A stretch of DNA of 64,000 nucleotides. Origin: Myxococcaceae bacterium. GTDB lineage: Bacteria > Myxococcota > UBA727 > JABDBI01. The DNA lies in NCBI GenBank assembly GCA_016000045.1, contig JAECQY010000003.1:91-64090 (forward strand). Direction: 5' to 3'. The notes under the pieces are model-generated. The model did no database searches and had not been told where the DNA came from. It saw nothing but the letters and a program-made list of their open reading frames with translations. Shown piece by piece: positions 9,535 to 18,964 of the stretch (positions within the stretch are counted from its first letter, which is position 1; every line of letters begins with the position of its first letter). Position numbers and translations under genes: made by a program.

Positions 9535-10188
9535 TTATTTTATTATGGAACATTTAATTTGATTCAAGTCGATATTTTTATATCGCTTCAGGACTCTGCC
9601 GCCAAAATTGTCTTGAACCGCGAGACAGAGGGTTTGATCTTCCAAGCTGCAATTGACGAGTGAAAGATTTGATTTCAACAGTGCTCGATGGCATTCGTTT
9701 TGAGGAACGAACGTAGGAGGAAGCCTGCCCGCCAGGCTCTCTATCGTTACAATGCGTGTCAATAGATCAATCGATTCGTGTTTAAGCTTCACACAGCGAA
9801 TCGAATCATGGAGTTCAAAAGATCCATGAGACCAAAGATCGGAGATATTGGCAAAATGAGCAGCAGTATCCAAACACAATGCAGCCTTGGAACTCTTGCA
9901 TTCAATCAGGTACCTCTCGGTGGCCAATGGGTATGTCGCTGGCAAGCGGCAGTATTGAGAATCTAATTCAACCGGATTGCTTCGAAGCAATTCTTCATGA
10001 GTGAGGATCTGCTCTCTGAGAGAGGCTTTGGCTTCCCGAGCATGGCGGACATCCTTCAAGAACATCATGGTTTGCTCATGATTGCTTGAATCCCGGATTT
10101 TTTTAATCCGATCGAACATGGGCTCAGCCATGAGATTTCCCACCGCTAAGTAGAATAAGATTCCAAACAATCGTTGCTTAGCCTGCAT
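9535..10188 (-). CDS. Hypothetical secreted Cys-containing protein
   Basis: Signal peptide, 8 Cys. Confidence 0.6.
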   Translation of the reverse strand: MQAKQRLFGILFYLAVGNLMAEPMFDRIKKIRDSSNHEQTMMFLKDVRHAREAKASLREQILTHEELLRSNPVELDSQYCRLPATYPLATERYLIECKSSKAALCLDTAAHFANISDLWSHGSFELHDSIRCVKLKHESIDLLTRIVTIESLAGRLPPTFVPQNECHRALLKSNLSLVNCSLEDQTLCLAVQDNFGGRVLKRYKNIDLNQIKCSIIK

Positions 10189-10200
10189 GATAAAAATCTC

Positions 10201-10485
10201 TTACTGGGTTAACTTGGTTGCGTTGAGGGTCGCAATCACTTCTTTGTGTTCTTCAATCAAGTTGCTGGTCACTTCGATCAGGTTGCTCGTCGCTTCCTTG
10301 TGTTCCTCTCTTTGCTCTCTCAATTTGCTCGCTTCTAAGGCAAAATTCGCCATAGCGTCTTTTAAAATCTGTCGACTATTTTCTTGTTCCTGTTTCATTC
10401 TTTTGATTTTCTCAAAAGCGGACTCCGTTTGAGCGAAGAGAATGGAGGTTAAAAAGAGCGAGCTTAGGGTAAATATTTTTTTCAT
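10201..10485 (-). CDS. Hypothetical secreted coiled-coil protein
   Basis: MKKIFTLSSLFLTSILFA signal; internal EEHKE and TSNLIE repeats. Confidence 0.6.
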   Translation of the reverse strand: MKKIFTLSSLFLTSILFAQTESAFEKIKRMKQEQENSRQILKDAMANFALEASKLREQREEHKEATSNLIEVTSNLIEEHKEVIATLNATKLTQ

Positions 10486-10497
10486 CGTTTTCCTTTT

Positions 10498-11457
10498 TTA
10501 TTGAACTAGTTTAATTTCCAGAAACCTTTTCGCAAACTCGCCTAGAGCATCCGTTAAAGATCCCATTTCTTCCAGAGTTTTCAGATGATTGGGTAACTCA
10601 AGAAAATAGTTTGAATCTGTGGCCAAATGTTTTTCAAATTCAGTCACTTGCTCTTGATTCATGCTCTCAAACGAATCCACCACCGCGTTGATATTCAATC
10701 GAATATCCTCATTTTCAAGAGCTCGAGGCTGAACGGACTGGAAATAGTGAAAAATAGAATCCGCAAGATTTTTGTCTGAATCGTTTGAGTAGTGCTTCAA
10801 CGTCGTCGTAGCAGCCAAAAGAAGATCATGTCCTTGTAGAAAAGCAAAAATTCCAAAAGCCAAACGCGAAGAGCCTCCCAGGGTCTGAACATAGGAGGCA
10901 AACTCTGAAAATTGAAGAGAGTCTAGCTTAAAATAGATTTTGCTTTTCAGCGTTGATTCTTGATAGTCTTTTGAATCGCTTTCAAGAATTGCCGAATAAG
11001 GCTCGATTGCTCCAATAAGTGCTTTGTTCGGATGCTTTCGAAAGTAAAATAAGGCTTCCGGATCATGATTTTGTTCCAAAATTCGCTCGAGCAGCTGCCT
11101 TTGCTCCTCTTCGGTCCATTGGAATGCGTTGGCATCGGATTCGAATTGAGAAGTCAATATTTCAATAATTCGGGGCTTCGAGGCTGTTTTACTCAGAGCG
11201 TAAACGTAAGCTTCGGGCAGTTTTCCTTTCGAGCCGATCAAATAGATTTGTTGAATGCCCGTTGTTTGAGTCAAGCGATCGCCTAAGCGCTTTGCGCCTT
11301 GGTTCAAAGAGAGGACTTGATCAATATAAGCAGGAAACGCGCTTGGATCGGATCTGAGATCTTTGGTGTAAGGGCTCAGATCAACAGCATTCATGTTAAG
11401 CTCTCGGCTGTGGCAACCGCCTAAAAAAGCAAGGACCATCAAGACTCGTTTTACCAT
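10498..11457 (-). CDS. Hypothetical lipoprotein
   Basis: MVKRVLMVLAFLGG|C lipobox-like start overlapping the upstream stop. Confidence 0.6.
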   Translation of the reverse strand: MVKRVLMVLAFLGGCHSRELNMNAVDLSPYTKDLRSDPSAFPAYIDQVLSLNQGAKRLGDRLTQTTGIQQIYLIGSKGKLPEAYVYALSKTASKPRIIEILTSQFESDANAFQWTEEEQRQLLERILEQNHDPEALFYFRKHPNKALIGAIEPYSAILESDSKDYQESTLKSKIYFKLDSLQFSEFASYVQTLGGSSRLAFGIFAFLQGHDLLLAATTTLKHYSNDSDKNLADSIFHYFQSVQPRALENEDIRLNINAVVDSFESMNQEQVTEFEKHLATDSNYFLELPNHLKTLEEMGSLTDALGEFAKRFLEIKLVQ

Positions 11458-12080
11458 GCGTACCCCACTCGGACTCCGGGAATAAAACGAAATTGATTCT
11501 CTCGGTAAGCGATTTCTTTGCCTACAGGAATATCCCAATCGTATTCAACACCCGCGCTGAGTCCTAATAGGAGGCCCGTCTCAAAAATGCGTTCCCAGCC
11601 TGCATAAAATGAAGGCCGGATTCGCCAAGCATAGCGAAAGCCGCCAAAGCCGATTGCTTGCTGAGCGTAAACACCTGTTTGAAGCCAAAATTCAGCATAA
11701 AAACTCGCTTTTGCCATCCATTCGGACAGTCGGTATTTGATACCTCCACCGGCAAGAAGCGACCACTGCTCAGCTACTCTTGGATTAAAGTTGAACCGAG
11801 TTATGGCGAGGCTCGTACTGTCAAAAGAGATCGGAAACGTCATCGTCAAAAATTCCAATAGGCGAAGTTCGTAATCGAGTGTCAGCCGGCCGTTCAAAAA
11901 GGGATCCGCGAATAACGAAACCTGCATTCCGTGTGATGCTGCCCGATAACCGTAGGCTTTTGGATCCAAATCGATGATCAATTGAGTTAGGTCATCCGAT
12001 GGATTCTTGGCTGAAGGAGTTGCACTGGAAAAAAAACAGCAACTTAAAATCATCCAAAAATACGCTGCATTTTTTCTCAT
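11451..12080 (-). CDS. Putative small outer-membrane beta-barrel protein
   Basis: Signal peptide, amphipathic strands, C-terminal GVRVGYAW beta-signal. Confidence 0.6.
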   Translation of the reverse strand: MRKNAAYFWMILSCCFFSSATPSAKNPSDDLTQLIIDLDPKAYGYRAASHGMQVSLFADPFLNGRLTLDYELRLLEFLTMTFPISFDSTSLAITRFNFNPRVAEQWSLLAGGGIKYRLSEWMAKASFYAEFWLQTGVYAQQAIGFGGFRYAWRIRPSFYAGWERIFETGLLLGLSAGVEYDWDIPVGKEIAYRENQFRFIPGVRVGYAW

Positions 12081-12470
12081 AAATTAGAGCCTATTTTATT
12101 CATATATTTTCCTGTGTCAATACCGTTGCTTGATTTCGATTAAAAATCTGGCCGCTTTTTCGAGAGAAGCGAGTCCTACTGGATCGGTCGTCAATTTACC
12201 ACGCAGATCTCGTTCTTGGCTTCCTGTTAAGAACTGACTTGAACCCAAGGCTCCGAAGCTGAGCGCCGCATTTGAGACTACTCTTTGATCCCTTGAACAC
12301 ACAGTATCCAGAAAAAAAAGCGCTAACAAACGGGTTCTTGATGAGCCAAGCAAGGCGCTTCATACTCAACCCCTTGTCAAATATGCTGCTTTAAGGCAAT
12401 AAGGTCCCCATCCATGCAGTATCCCAATTCGCATCCTCAAACAGGCTCTGGCAATTTAGAAGGCGATCGA

Positions 12471-12998
12471 ATTCCTAAACAACGCGTGATGGAACCCCGA
12501 GTCAATCGTCGCATTCGCGTTCCTGAAATTCGCGTCATTATGGAAGACGGTGAGCAACTGGGTGTTTTGCCAACCCAGGAAGCTTTGCGAAAAGCGGAAT
12601 CGATGGGAATGGACTTGGTCGAAGTTTCTCCGATGGCAAAGCCACCGGTTTGTAAAATCATGGATTATGGGAAATTTAAGTACCAACAAAAGCGCAAAGC
12701 CAACGAAGCTAAAAAGAAGCAGCAGGTTATTGAGCTCAAAGAAGTGAAACTTCGACCTAAAACCGATGTTCACGATTTTGAAACAAAAATAAATCGCCTA
12801 AAAACATTTCTAGGCGATGGCAACAAAGGCAAAGTGACGGTGATGTTTCGAGGCCGGGAAATTGTGCACCCACAAATTGGTTTTGAGCTGATGAAACGAG
12901 TCGTTGAAGCCCTTCAAGAAGACGCTATTGTTGAATCTCCAGCGAAAATGGAAGGTCGACAGATGGTCATGATTGTAGGACCTCAGAAGAAGAAGTAA
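12471..12998 (+). CDS. infC: Translation initiation factor IF-3 (probable ATT start at 12471; ATG alternative at 12414)
   Basis: RVNRRIRVPEIRVI, DLVEVSPMAKPPVCKIMDYGKFKY, MFRGRE. Confidence 0.95.
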   Translation: MPKQRVMEPRVNRRIRVPEIRVIMEDGEQLGVLPTQEALRKAESMGMDLVEVSPMAKPPVCKIMDYGKFKYQQKRKANEAKKKQQVIELKEVKLRPKTDVHDFETKINRLKTFLGDGNKGKVTVMFRGREIVHPQIGFELMKRVVEALQEDAIVESPAKMEGRQMVMIVGPQKKK

Positions 12999-13043
12999 CC
13001 CCCCTTGTGTTTTTAAGAAAAAGAGAGGAATTGGAAGAGGCGT

Positions 13044-13274
13044 ATGGCAGGTTGTAATAAAAAAAGAGGCTTCAAGCCCAAAATGAAGAGTAACCGTGGA
13101 GCGATGAAGCGGCTTTCTGTGACAGGAACCGGCTTGATTAAGGTTCCCAGCAAAGGGAAATCTCATTGTTTAAGCAATAAAAATCGCAAACGCAAACGCA
13201 ACTTGCTCAAAGCAGGATACTTAAATAAAGGTGATTCTTTGCGCACAGAACGCATGATTCCCTATTTGTTTTAA
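13044..13274 (+). CDS. rpmI: 50S ribosomal protein L35
   Basis: PKMKSNRGAMKR..VTGTG; position between infC and rplT. Confidence 0.9.
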   Translation: MAGCNKKRGFKPKMKSNRGAMKRLSVTGTGLIKVPSKGKSHCLSNKNRKRKRNLLKAGYLNKGDSLRTERMIPYLF

Positions 13275-13300
13275 GTTTCATTTAAAAAAGGATTTAGTAT

Positions 13301-13654
13301 ATGGCTCGTGTAACTCGTGGATTTAAGGCTCGTCATCGTCGTAAACGCATCTTGAAATTGGCTTCAGGCCACATTGGCACTCGAAATCGACTCTTTCGAA
13401 CCGCTGTAGAAAGTGTTGAAAGAGGCCTTGTTTATGCTTACCGAGATCGAAAAGTTAAGAAACGAGAATACCGAAAGCTTTGGATTACTCGTTTGAATGC
13501 GGCAGCCCGCCAAAATGGCTTGAGCTACAGCGTCCTTATGGCTAAGCTCAAAGCAGCTGATGTTGCTCTCGATCGACGCGCTCTCTCTGAATTGGCAATT
13601 TCCGATTCAGCGGCGTTCGCGGCGCTCGTGGGTCAAGTCAATGCAGCCGCTTGA
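13301..13654 (+). CDS. rplT: 50S ribosomal protein L20
   Basis: MARVTRG, YAYRDRKVKKREYRKLWITRLNAAAR. Confidence 0.97.
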   Translation: MARVTRGFKARHRRKRILKLASGHIGTRNRLFRTAVESVERGLVYAYRDRKVKKREYRKLWITRLNAAARQNGLSYSVLMAKLKAADVALDRRALSELAISDSAAFAALVGQVNAAA

Positions 13655-14654
13655 GGAACTGAGACAAACCGCGGAGTCTTCGTTTGCCTCTTGCGCGAGT
13701 CTCGAAGAGCTCGATTCCCTGAAAGTTCACTACTTAGGGAAAAAAAGCCCTCTTTCTGAAATTTTGAAACAGATGGGGGCTCTTTCAATTGAAGAAAAAC
13801 GTGAAAGAGGGGCTCAAGCGAATTCCCTGCGAGATGATCTCAATCGTTGGGCCATTGAAACAGCAGGGCGTTTGGACCAAGTTCGAATTGAACGTTTAAG
13901 AGACGGTTGGATTGATGTTACGCTCCCAGGGTGTCGGGTCGACGAAGGTCGCCAGCACATCCTTTCCCAGACGGCCCAAGAGATTCTAGAAATCGTTCGT
14001 GAGCTTGGGTTTGACTCCGTACGCGGTCCGGAGATCGAGCACGATTTTTACAATTTTGAAGCCCTCAATATTCCTCAGCAACATCCTGCTCGAGAGATGC
14101 AAGACACATTCTACCTGACTCCAGGCGTTGTGTTGCGTACTCAGACAAGTCCGGTTCAAATTCGTGCCATGTTGGCAAGAAAAGAAGCTTCTATGAGAGT
14201 CGCTTGCTTGGGAAAGGTTTTTCGACACGATCAAGATTCGACTCATTCTCCGATGTTTCACCAGATCGAATTACTGGCTTTGGATGACAACATTTCGTTT
14301 GCGGATCTGAAAGGGACTCTCACTTATTTGATTCATAAACTTTTTTCGAGTCGTTCACAGCTTCGACTAAGGCCCAGTTATTTTCCTTTTACCGAACCCA
14401 GTGCAGAAGTGGATATCAGCTGTTTTGCTTGCGACGGCAAAGGATGTCGACTGTGTAAACAATCTGGATGGATTGAAATTTTAGGCTCTGGCATTGTTCA
14501 CCCCTTTGTCTTGCGGGCGGTGGGGCTCGATCCCGAAAAAGTACGAGGATTTGCGGTTGGGATGGGGCTTGAACGCATCGCAATGTTGCGTCATGGGATC
14601 GATGATATTCGCTACTTTTTTGAAAACGATCAGCGCTTTCTCAGTCAATTTTGA
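13641..14654 (+). CDS. pheS: Phenylalanine--tRNA ligase alpha subunit
   Basis: NFEALNIP..HPAREMQDTFY, LRTQTSPVQIR, RPSYFPFTEPSAEVD, GMGLERIAM. Confidence 0.97.
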   Translation: MQPLEELRQTAESSFASCASLEELDSLKVHYLGKKSPLSEILKQMGALSIEEKRERGAQANSLRDDLNRWAIETAGRLDQVRIERLRDGWIDVTLPGCRVDEGRQHILSQTAQEILEIVRELGFDSVRGPEIEHDFYNFEALNIPQQHPAREMQDTFYLTPGVVLRTQTSPVQIRAMLARKEASMRVACLGKVFRHDQDSTHSPMFHQIELLALDDNISFADLKGTLTYLIHKLFSSRSQLRLRPSYFPFTEPSAEVDISCFACDGKGCRLCKQSGWIEILGSGIVHPFVLRAVGLDPEKVRGFAVGMGLERIAMLRHGIDDIRYFFENDQRFLSQF

Positions 14655-14657
14655 ATT

Positions 14658-16745
14658 ATGCACATCAGCCAGCAAACTTTACAAACTTTTCTTGATTTAT
14701 CCTCTCTGTCCAAAGAAGAGATCGCCAAACGCTTGACCGAAGCAGGTCTGGAAGTGGAGGGCATGGCTCAGCATGATGAAGATACGATTTTTGAGCTTAA
14801 AGTCACTCCCAATCGACCGGATGCTTTAAGTCATATTGGGGTTGTTCGAGAGCTCGCTGCGACACTAGGGGTTCGGCCCAGTTTTTCAGTTCCATCGCTG
14901 AAAGAGCTTGGAGCTCCCATTCACGATTGGGTTCAGGTCCAAATTGAAGCAAAAGAGTCTTGCCCGCGCTATGCTTGTCGAATCATCGAGGGCGTGCACG
15001 TAGCCCCAAGCCCAGATTGGCTGGTCTCCAAGCTTGAAAGCCTGGGTCTTAAGTCCATTAACAACGTGGTTGATATTACAAACTGGGTTTTATTGGAACG
15101 CGGCCAGCCTCTGCATGCTTTTGATTTGGATCAAATCGCTAAGTCCAAAGGACGCATCAATCTTCGAATTCGAAAAGCAATTCTGGGTGAAAAGATTGTT
15201 CTCTTAAATGATCAAGAATGCGAGCTCAGTGAAGAGGAGTTGGTCATTGCCGATGAAGAAACGCCAATTGCCTTAGCCGGTGTGATGGGTGCAAAGAATA
15301 CGGAGGTTTCCAAAGCAACTCAGAATATTTTGCTTGAATCTGCGTACTTTGAACCCACTGGCATACGCAAAACCGCAAAACGCTACGGTATTTCAACGGA
15401 CTCGAGCTATCGCTTCGAACGGGGAACCGACCCGAATGGAGTGATCCAAGCACTTGAACGCGCAGCGAGCCTCATGATCGAGCTTGCGGGAGGACGTGTC
15501 CGAAGAGAAGCGGTGGATATTTATTCGAAACCGATTGAGCCTTTGGAGATTCCATTTCGCCCAAATCGCTTGCTTTCGATTTCTGGCTTATCGGAAATCG
15601 ATATGCCCGAACTCAGATTGCGTTTTTTAGGTTTGGGCATTGAAGCCGCCGGTCGGACTGGCCACGATTCCTTATATTTTCGGGCACCAACCTGGCGCCC
15701 GGATCTTCGAGAGGAAATCGATTTGATTGAGGAAGCCATTCGCTTGATCGGTTTTGATCAAATTCCGCTTAGATTAAGCAGCAGCCGAAAGTTTGAAGCT
15801 CAACGAATCGACGTTGATATCGATCGTTTGGAACAGGCGATACGCCTTCACTTTTCAAAAGCTGGGTTTTACGAATGCATCAATTACGCGTTTGGATCTC
15901 CTTCTGAAATGGCTCTATTCTCAAGCATCAAGCCCATTAAAATACAAAATCCGTTAGGCGAAGAAGCTTCGGTGATGCGTACCCATCTGTTTCCTGGCTT
16001 GCTGAGAAATCGATCCCTGAACTTAAGAAACCAAAGCAAAGAAATGTCTTTTTTTGAGATAGGGTGCGTTTTTGAGGGTCCTAATCCGAATGGTTCGCTT
16101 CCTGATACGGCCCAGTTGACGGTTGAGAATATGAGTTTCGATTCTTATGCCGTCGAACGCTTGCTGGTAGCGGGCATTCAATCACCGGGTGATTTCTTGA
16201 AGTTGAAAGGAAGCCTTGAACAGTTTTTTGAAGCTTTGCATGCTTCTGTCTCTTTTGCTGTTGCTTCCAACGCTCCTAGTTATTTTCACCCTCGTCAAGT
16301 TGCTGAAATTCGCGCAGCGAATACAACTTTGGGATATGTAGGCTTTTTGGATCCTGCGCTCGGAGAAGTATCCAGGTGTTGCGCGTTTGAAATCGATTTA
16401 AAAATGCTGCTCCCAGGGTGCTTTAAGATTCCTCAGATGAAGCCCTTGCTTAAATTTCCCAGTATCGAAAGAGACTTTGCTCTGCTGGTTGATTCCAAGT
16501 TGCCTGCAGGAAATTTGCTGGATACCGTTCGAAGTTTCAAAGCATTCAACTCTTTGTTGGAATCCGTTGAAATTTTTGATGTCTATCAAGGCAAAGGAGT
16601 TCCGGAGGACAAAAAATCCATTGCATTGCGAATTCGCCTGAGACATCCTGAACGGACTTTAAAAGACGAAGAAATAAACCCTTTGTTTGAGGAGCTGCTG
16701 CAGCAATTCCGATTAAGCCATCAAGCCATTCTCAGAGAGGCTTGA
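14658..16745 (+). CDS. pheT: Phenylalanine--tRNA ligase beta subunit (short form without the B2 domain)
   Basis: VTPNRPDALSH, NNVVDITN, GQPLHAFD, SSYRFERG, RPDLREEIDLIEE, FDVYQG. Confidence 0.95.
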   Translation: MHISQQTLQTFLDLSSLSKEEIAKRLTEAGLEVEGMAQHDEDTIFELKVTPNRPDALSHIGVVRELAATLGVRPSFSVPSLKELGAPIHDWVQVQIEAKESCPRYACRIIEGVHVAPSPDWLVSKLESLGLKSINNVVDITNWVLLERGQPLHAFDLDQIAKSKGRINLRIRKAILGEKIVLLNDQECELSEEELVIADEETPIALAGVMGAKNTEVSKATQNILLESAYFEPTGIRKTAKRYGISTDSSYRFERGTDPNGVIQALERAASLMIELAGGRVRREAVDIYSKPIEPLEIPFRPNRLLSISGLSEIDMPELRLRFLGLGIEAAGRTGHDSLYFRAPTWRPDLREEIDLIEEAIRLIGFDQIPLRLSSSRKFEAQRIDVDIDRLEQAIRLHFSKAGFYECINYAFGSPSEMALFSSIKPIKIQNPLGEEASVMRTHLFPGLLRNRSLNLRNQSKEMSFFEIGCVFEGPNPNGSLPDTAQLTVENMSFDSYAVERLLVAGIQSPGDFLKLKGSLEQFFEALHASVSFAVASNAPSYFHPRQVAEIRAANTTLGYVGFLDPALGEVSRCCAFEIDLKMLLPGCFKIPQMKPLLKFPSIERDFALLVDSKLPAGNLLDTVRSFKAFNSLLESVEIFDVYQGKGVPEDKKSIALRIRLRHPERTLKDEEINPLFEELLQQFRLSHQAILREA

Positions 16746-16768
16746 GGGCCCAGCTCTTGGGTGCTAGC

Positions 16769-17830
16769 TTAAAAACACGATTCATTCATAGCATGCAAGG
16801 TTTTTAAGATGCGAGTTGAAATACGATAGGGGTCTGCGTTGGCTCCTGGCCTTCGATCTTCGATATAGCCGCATTTTTTGTTTGCTACCGGTTCTGGAAT
16901 ACGAATGGATGCTCCTCGATCGCAAGCACCCATCTTAAATGTGTTGATATCGGAGGTTTCGTGTAAACCCGTTAAGCGTTCTTCGAGGCCAAAGCCGTAT
17001 TCTGCGAGATGCTCTGGATGATGCTTCGATAAAGCTTCAACCAATTGATGGATCGAAGACCACCCTGTCTCCGGATCTCGCATGGCCTGAGTGGAAAAAT
17101 TCGTATGCATTCCGGCTCCATTCCAATTGGCTTTAGGCTTGCAGGACCAATTGATTGTGATGTTGCCATCCTCGGCTAGACGGATCAAAAGCCATCGAGC
17201 TATCCAGACTTGATCTGATATTGTAAGGGGATCCGCCGCTTCATGCTGCAAACCTCGATAACCAATTTGAAACTCCCATTGCGAAGGCATCACTTCGGCG
17301 TTGATCCCGTAAATGGCGAGGTTGGCCTCGGCGCAAGCAAATGCATGCGCTTCAACTAAATCACGGCCGAAGGTTCGATCCGAGCCAATGCCGCAATAAT
17401 AAGGACCTTGAGGAGCCAGTTCTTTCTCTGTTGGCCAGCCCAAGGGCCGTTCTCCTTGATACAGCGTGTATTCTTGCTCAAATCCAAACATGGCTTGCTC
17501 GTCTGAGGGGCTGTTTTGAAGCTCTTGCCTAAGTTTCGCACGGTAATTCGTTTCGTGGGCCGTTCCATCGGTGTTCAACACTTCGCACAAGACCAAGTAA
17601 TGATTTTCTCCACGAATGGGGTCGTTCACAAAGTAAGCGGGTTTTAAAATCAGATCCGAGTGACTGCCCGAAGCTTGATGAGTCGAAGAACCATCAAATC
17701 CCCAAATTGGAAACGAGTCCAGAGTTGGCAGTGAGTTTGAAAAATCCAGCATTCGGGTTTTATTGCGGAGAGCTTGAACCGGCTTTGTACCATCCAACCA
17801 AATATATTCGCAGAAACTGATCATGTTCAC
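16769..17830 (-). CDS. glnII: Glutamine synthetase, type II-like
   Basis: EYIWLDG, WGFDGSST, FGFEQEY, QGPYYCGIG, NAEVMPSQWEFQIG, RLTGLHET, GYIEDRRP; 353 aa. Confidence 0.85.
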   Translation of the reverse strand: MNMISFCEYIWLDGTKPVQALRNKTRMLDFSNSLPTLDSFPIWGFDGSSTHQASGSHSDLILKPAYFVNDPIRGENHYLVLCEVLNTDGTAHETNYRAKLRQELQNSPSDEQAMFGFEQEYTLYQGERPLGWPTEKELAPQGPYYCGIGSDRTFGRDLVEAHAFACAEANLAIYGINAEVMPSQWEFQIGYRGLQHEAADPLTISDQVWIARWLLIRLAEDGNITINWSCKPKANWNGAGMHTNFSTQAMRDPETGWSSIHQLVEALSKHHPEHLAEYGFGLEERLTGLHETSDINTFKMGACDRGASIRIPEPVANKKCGYIEDRRPGANADPYRISTRILKTLHAMNESCF

Positions 17831-17835
17831 TCCTC

Positions 17836-18912
17836 TTAGTTCATGAGAACGGTCAAGTGACCTTTTTTCTTCGCCGGAACGGGTTTATTCATCGCTGCTT
17901 GGGCCATGCAAGTCGCTACTTCGTGCGCAAGGTCTTGATAGATCGAATTTTCGTGAGTTAAGTTTGGATCCAGGGGGAACTGACCCAAATTGCGAACATG
18001 AAGCTGAGACCAGAGATCGGATTCTTGCTCTCCTCGAAACATCGGATGCTTTTGAGAACAGTGCTCACACAGGTAATAGCTCATGTTTTCAATCAATCCG
18101 AAGGCGGGAATATTCATTTTATCCAGCATGGCTTTGGCGCGCACCACATCCGCCTTGGAAAGAGGGTGTGGAGTGGAAACAATGACAGCCCCCGCCGTGC
18201 GAACTCGTTGAGAAACCGTCAAGTGGATATCTCCGGTGCCAGGAGGCATATCGACGACTAAATAATCCAGATCACCCCAAGCTACGTTGTTGAACATCTG
18301 CATCGAAGCGGAAGCGATCATCGGTCCGCGCCAAATCATAGCCGACTCCGTATCGACTAAAAACCCGATGCTCATGAGCTTGATTCCCTCTTTCTCAATC
18401 GGAAGCATGTAGTTTCCTTCGCCTTCCGGGCCTGGCACTCCCAAGATGCTTGTATCGCTTGGAATATCAAAAAGCGTGGGAACAGAAGGCCCATAGACGT
18501 CTGCATCCAGCAGTCCGACGCGACAGCCCATCTTTGCCAAGGCCAAGGCCATATTTTTCGCAATCGTGCTTTTGCCGACGCCTCCTTTACCAGAAACGAT
18601 TAATACGATGTTTTTAACATCGGCCAGGCCTTCCTTTTGGATGCTTTGCTCCACTGCAGCCTGGACATCTGCAAAAACATTTAATTCGACCTCTGTATCC
18701 ATAGGAAGCTCAGACATAGCTGCTTTTTTTACAGCCATCGCGCAATCTTGCTTTGAACGCAGCGCAAAAGTCGGCAAGACCAAATCGATTTGCAACTTTT
18801 TTTCGACGATTTCAATTCGACGGACCCATCCCAGTTCAACAATATTTTTTTCAAATTCGGGAACCCGAATCTCCGAAAATTGCTTTAACAAAATATCCTT
18901 TAACATGAACAT
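17836..18912 (-). CDS. apbC: Mrp/ApbC/NBP35 Fe-S carrier ATPase
   Basis: SGKGGVGKST, LDADVYGPS, IWRGPM, DMPPGTGD, ENMS..C..C; start uncertain. Confidence 0.9.
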   Translation of the reverse strand: MFMLKDILLKQFSEIRVPEFEKNIVELGWVRRIEIVEKKLQIDLVLPTFALRSKQDCAMAVKKAAMSELPMDTEVELNVFADVQAAVEQSIQKEGLADVKNIVLIVSGKGGVGKSTIAKNMALALAKMGCRVGLLDADVYGPSVPTLFDIPSDTSILGVPGPEGEGNYMLPIEKEGIKLMSIGFLVDTESAMIWRGPMIASASMQMFNNVAWGDLDYLVVDMPPGTGDIHLTVSQRVRTAGAVIVSTPHPLSKADVVRAKAMLDKMNIPAFGLIENMSYYLCEHCSQKHPMFRGEQESDLWSQLHVRNLGQFPLDPNLTHENSIYQDLAHEVATCMAQAAMNKPVPAKKKGHLTVLMN

Positions 18913-18964
18913 CGGACTAACGTCGTATGGATCCAAAGTCAAAGACTCCATTACTGTGAACTCT

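Noticed and set aside
12117..12353. 78-aa ORF upstream of infC
   Set aside because: No recognisable motif or RBS; more likely non-coding.
18566..18964. 133-aa N-terminal extension of the sugar dehydrogenase
   Set aside because: Antisense shadow of the Mrp/ApbC gene; the Rossmann motif starts right after the ATG at 18965.
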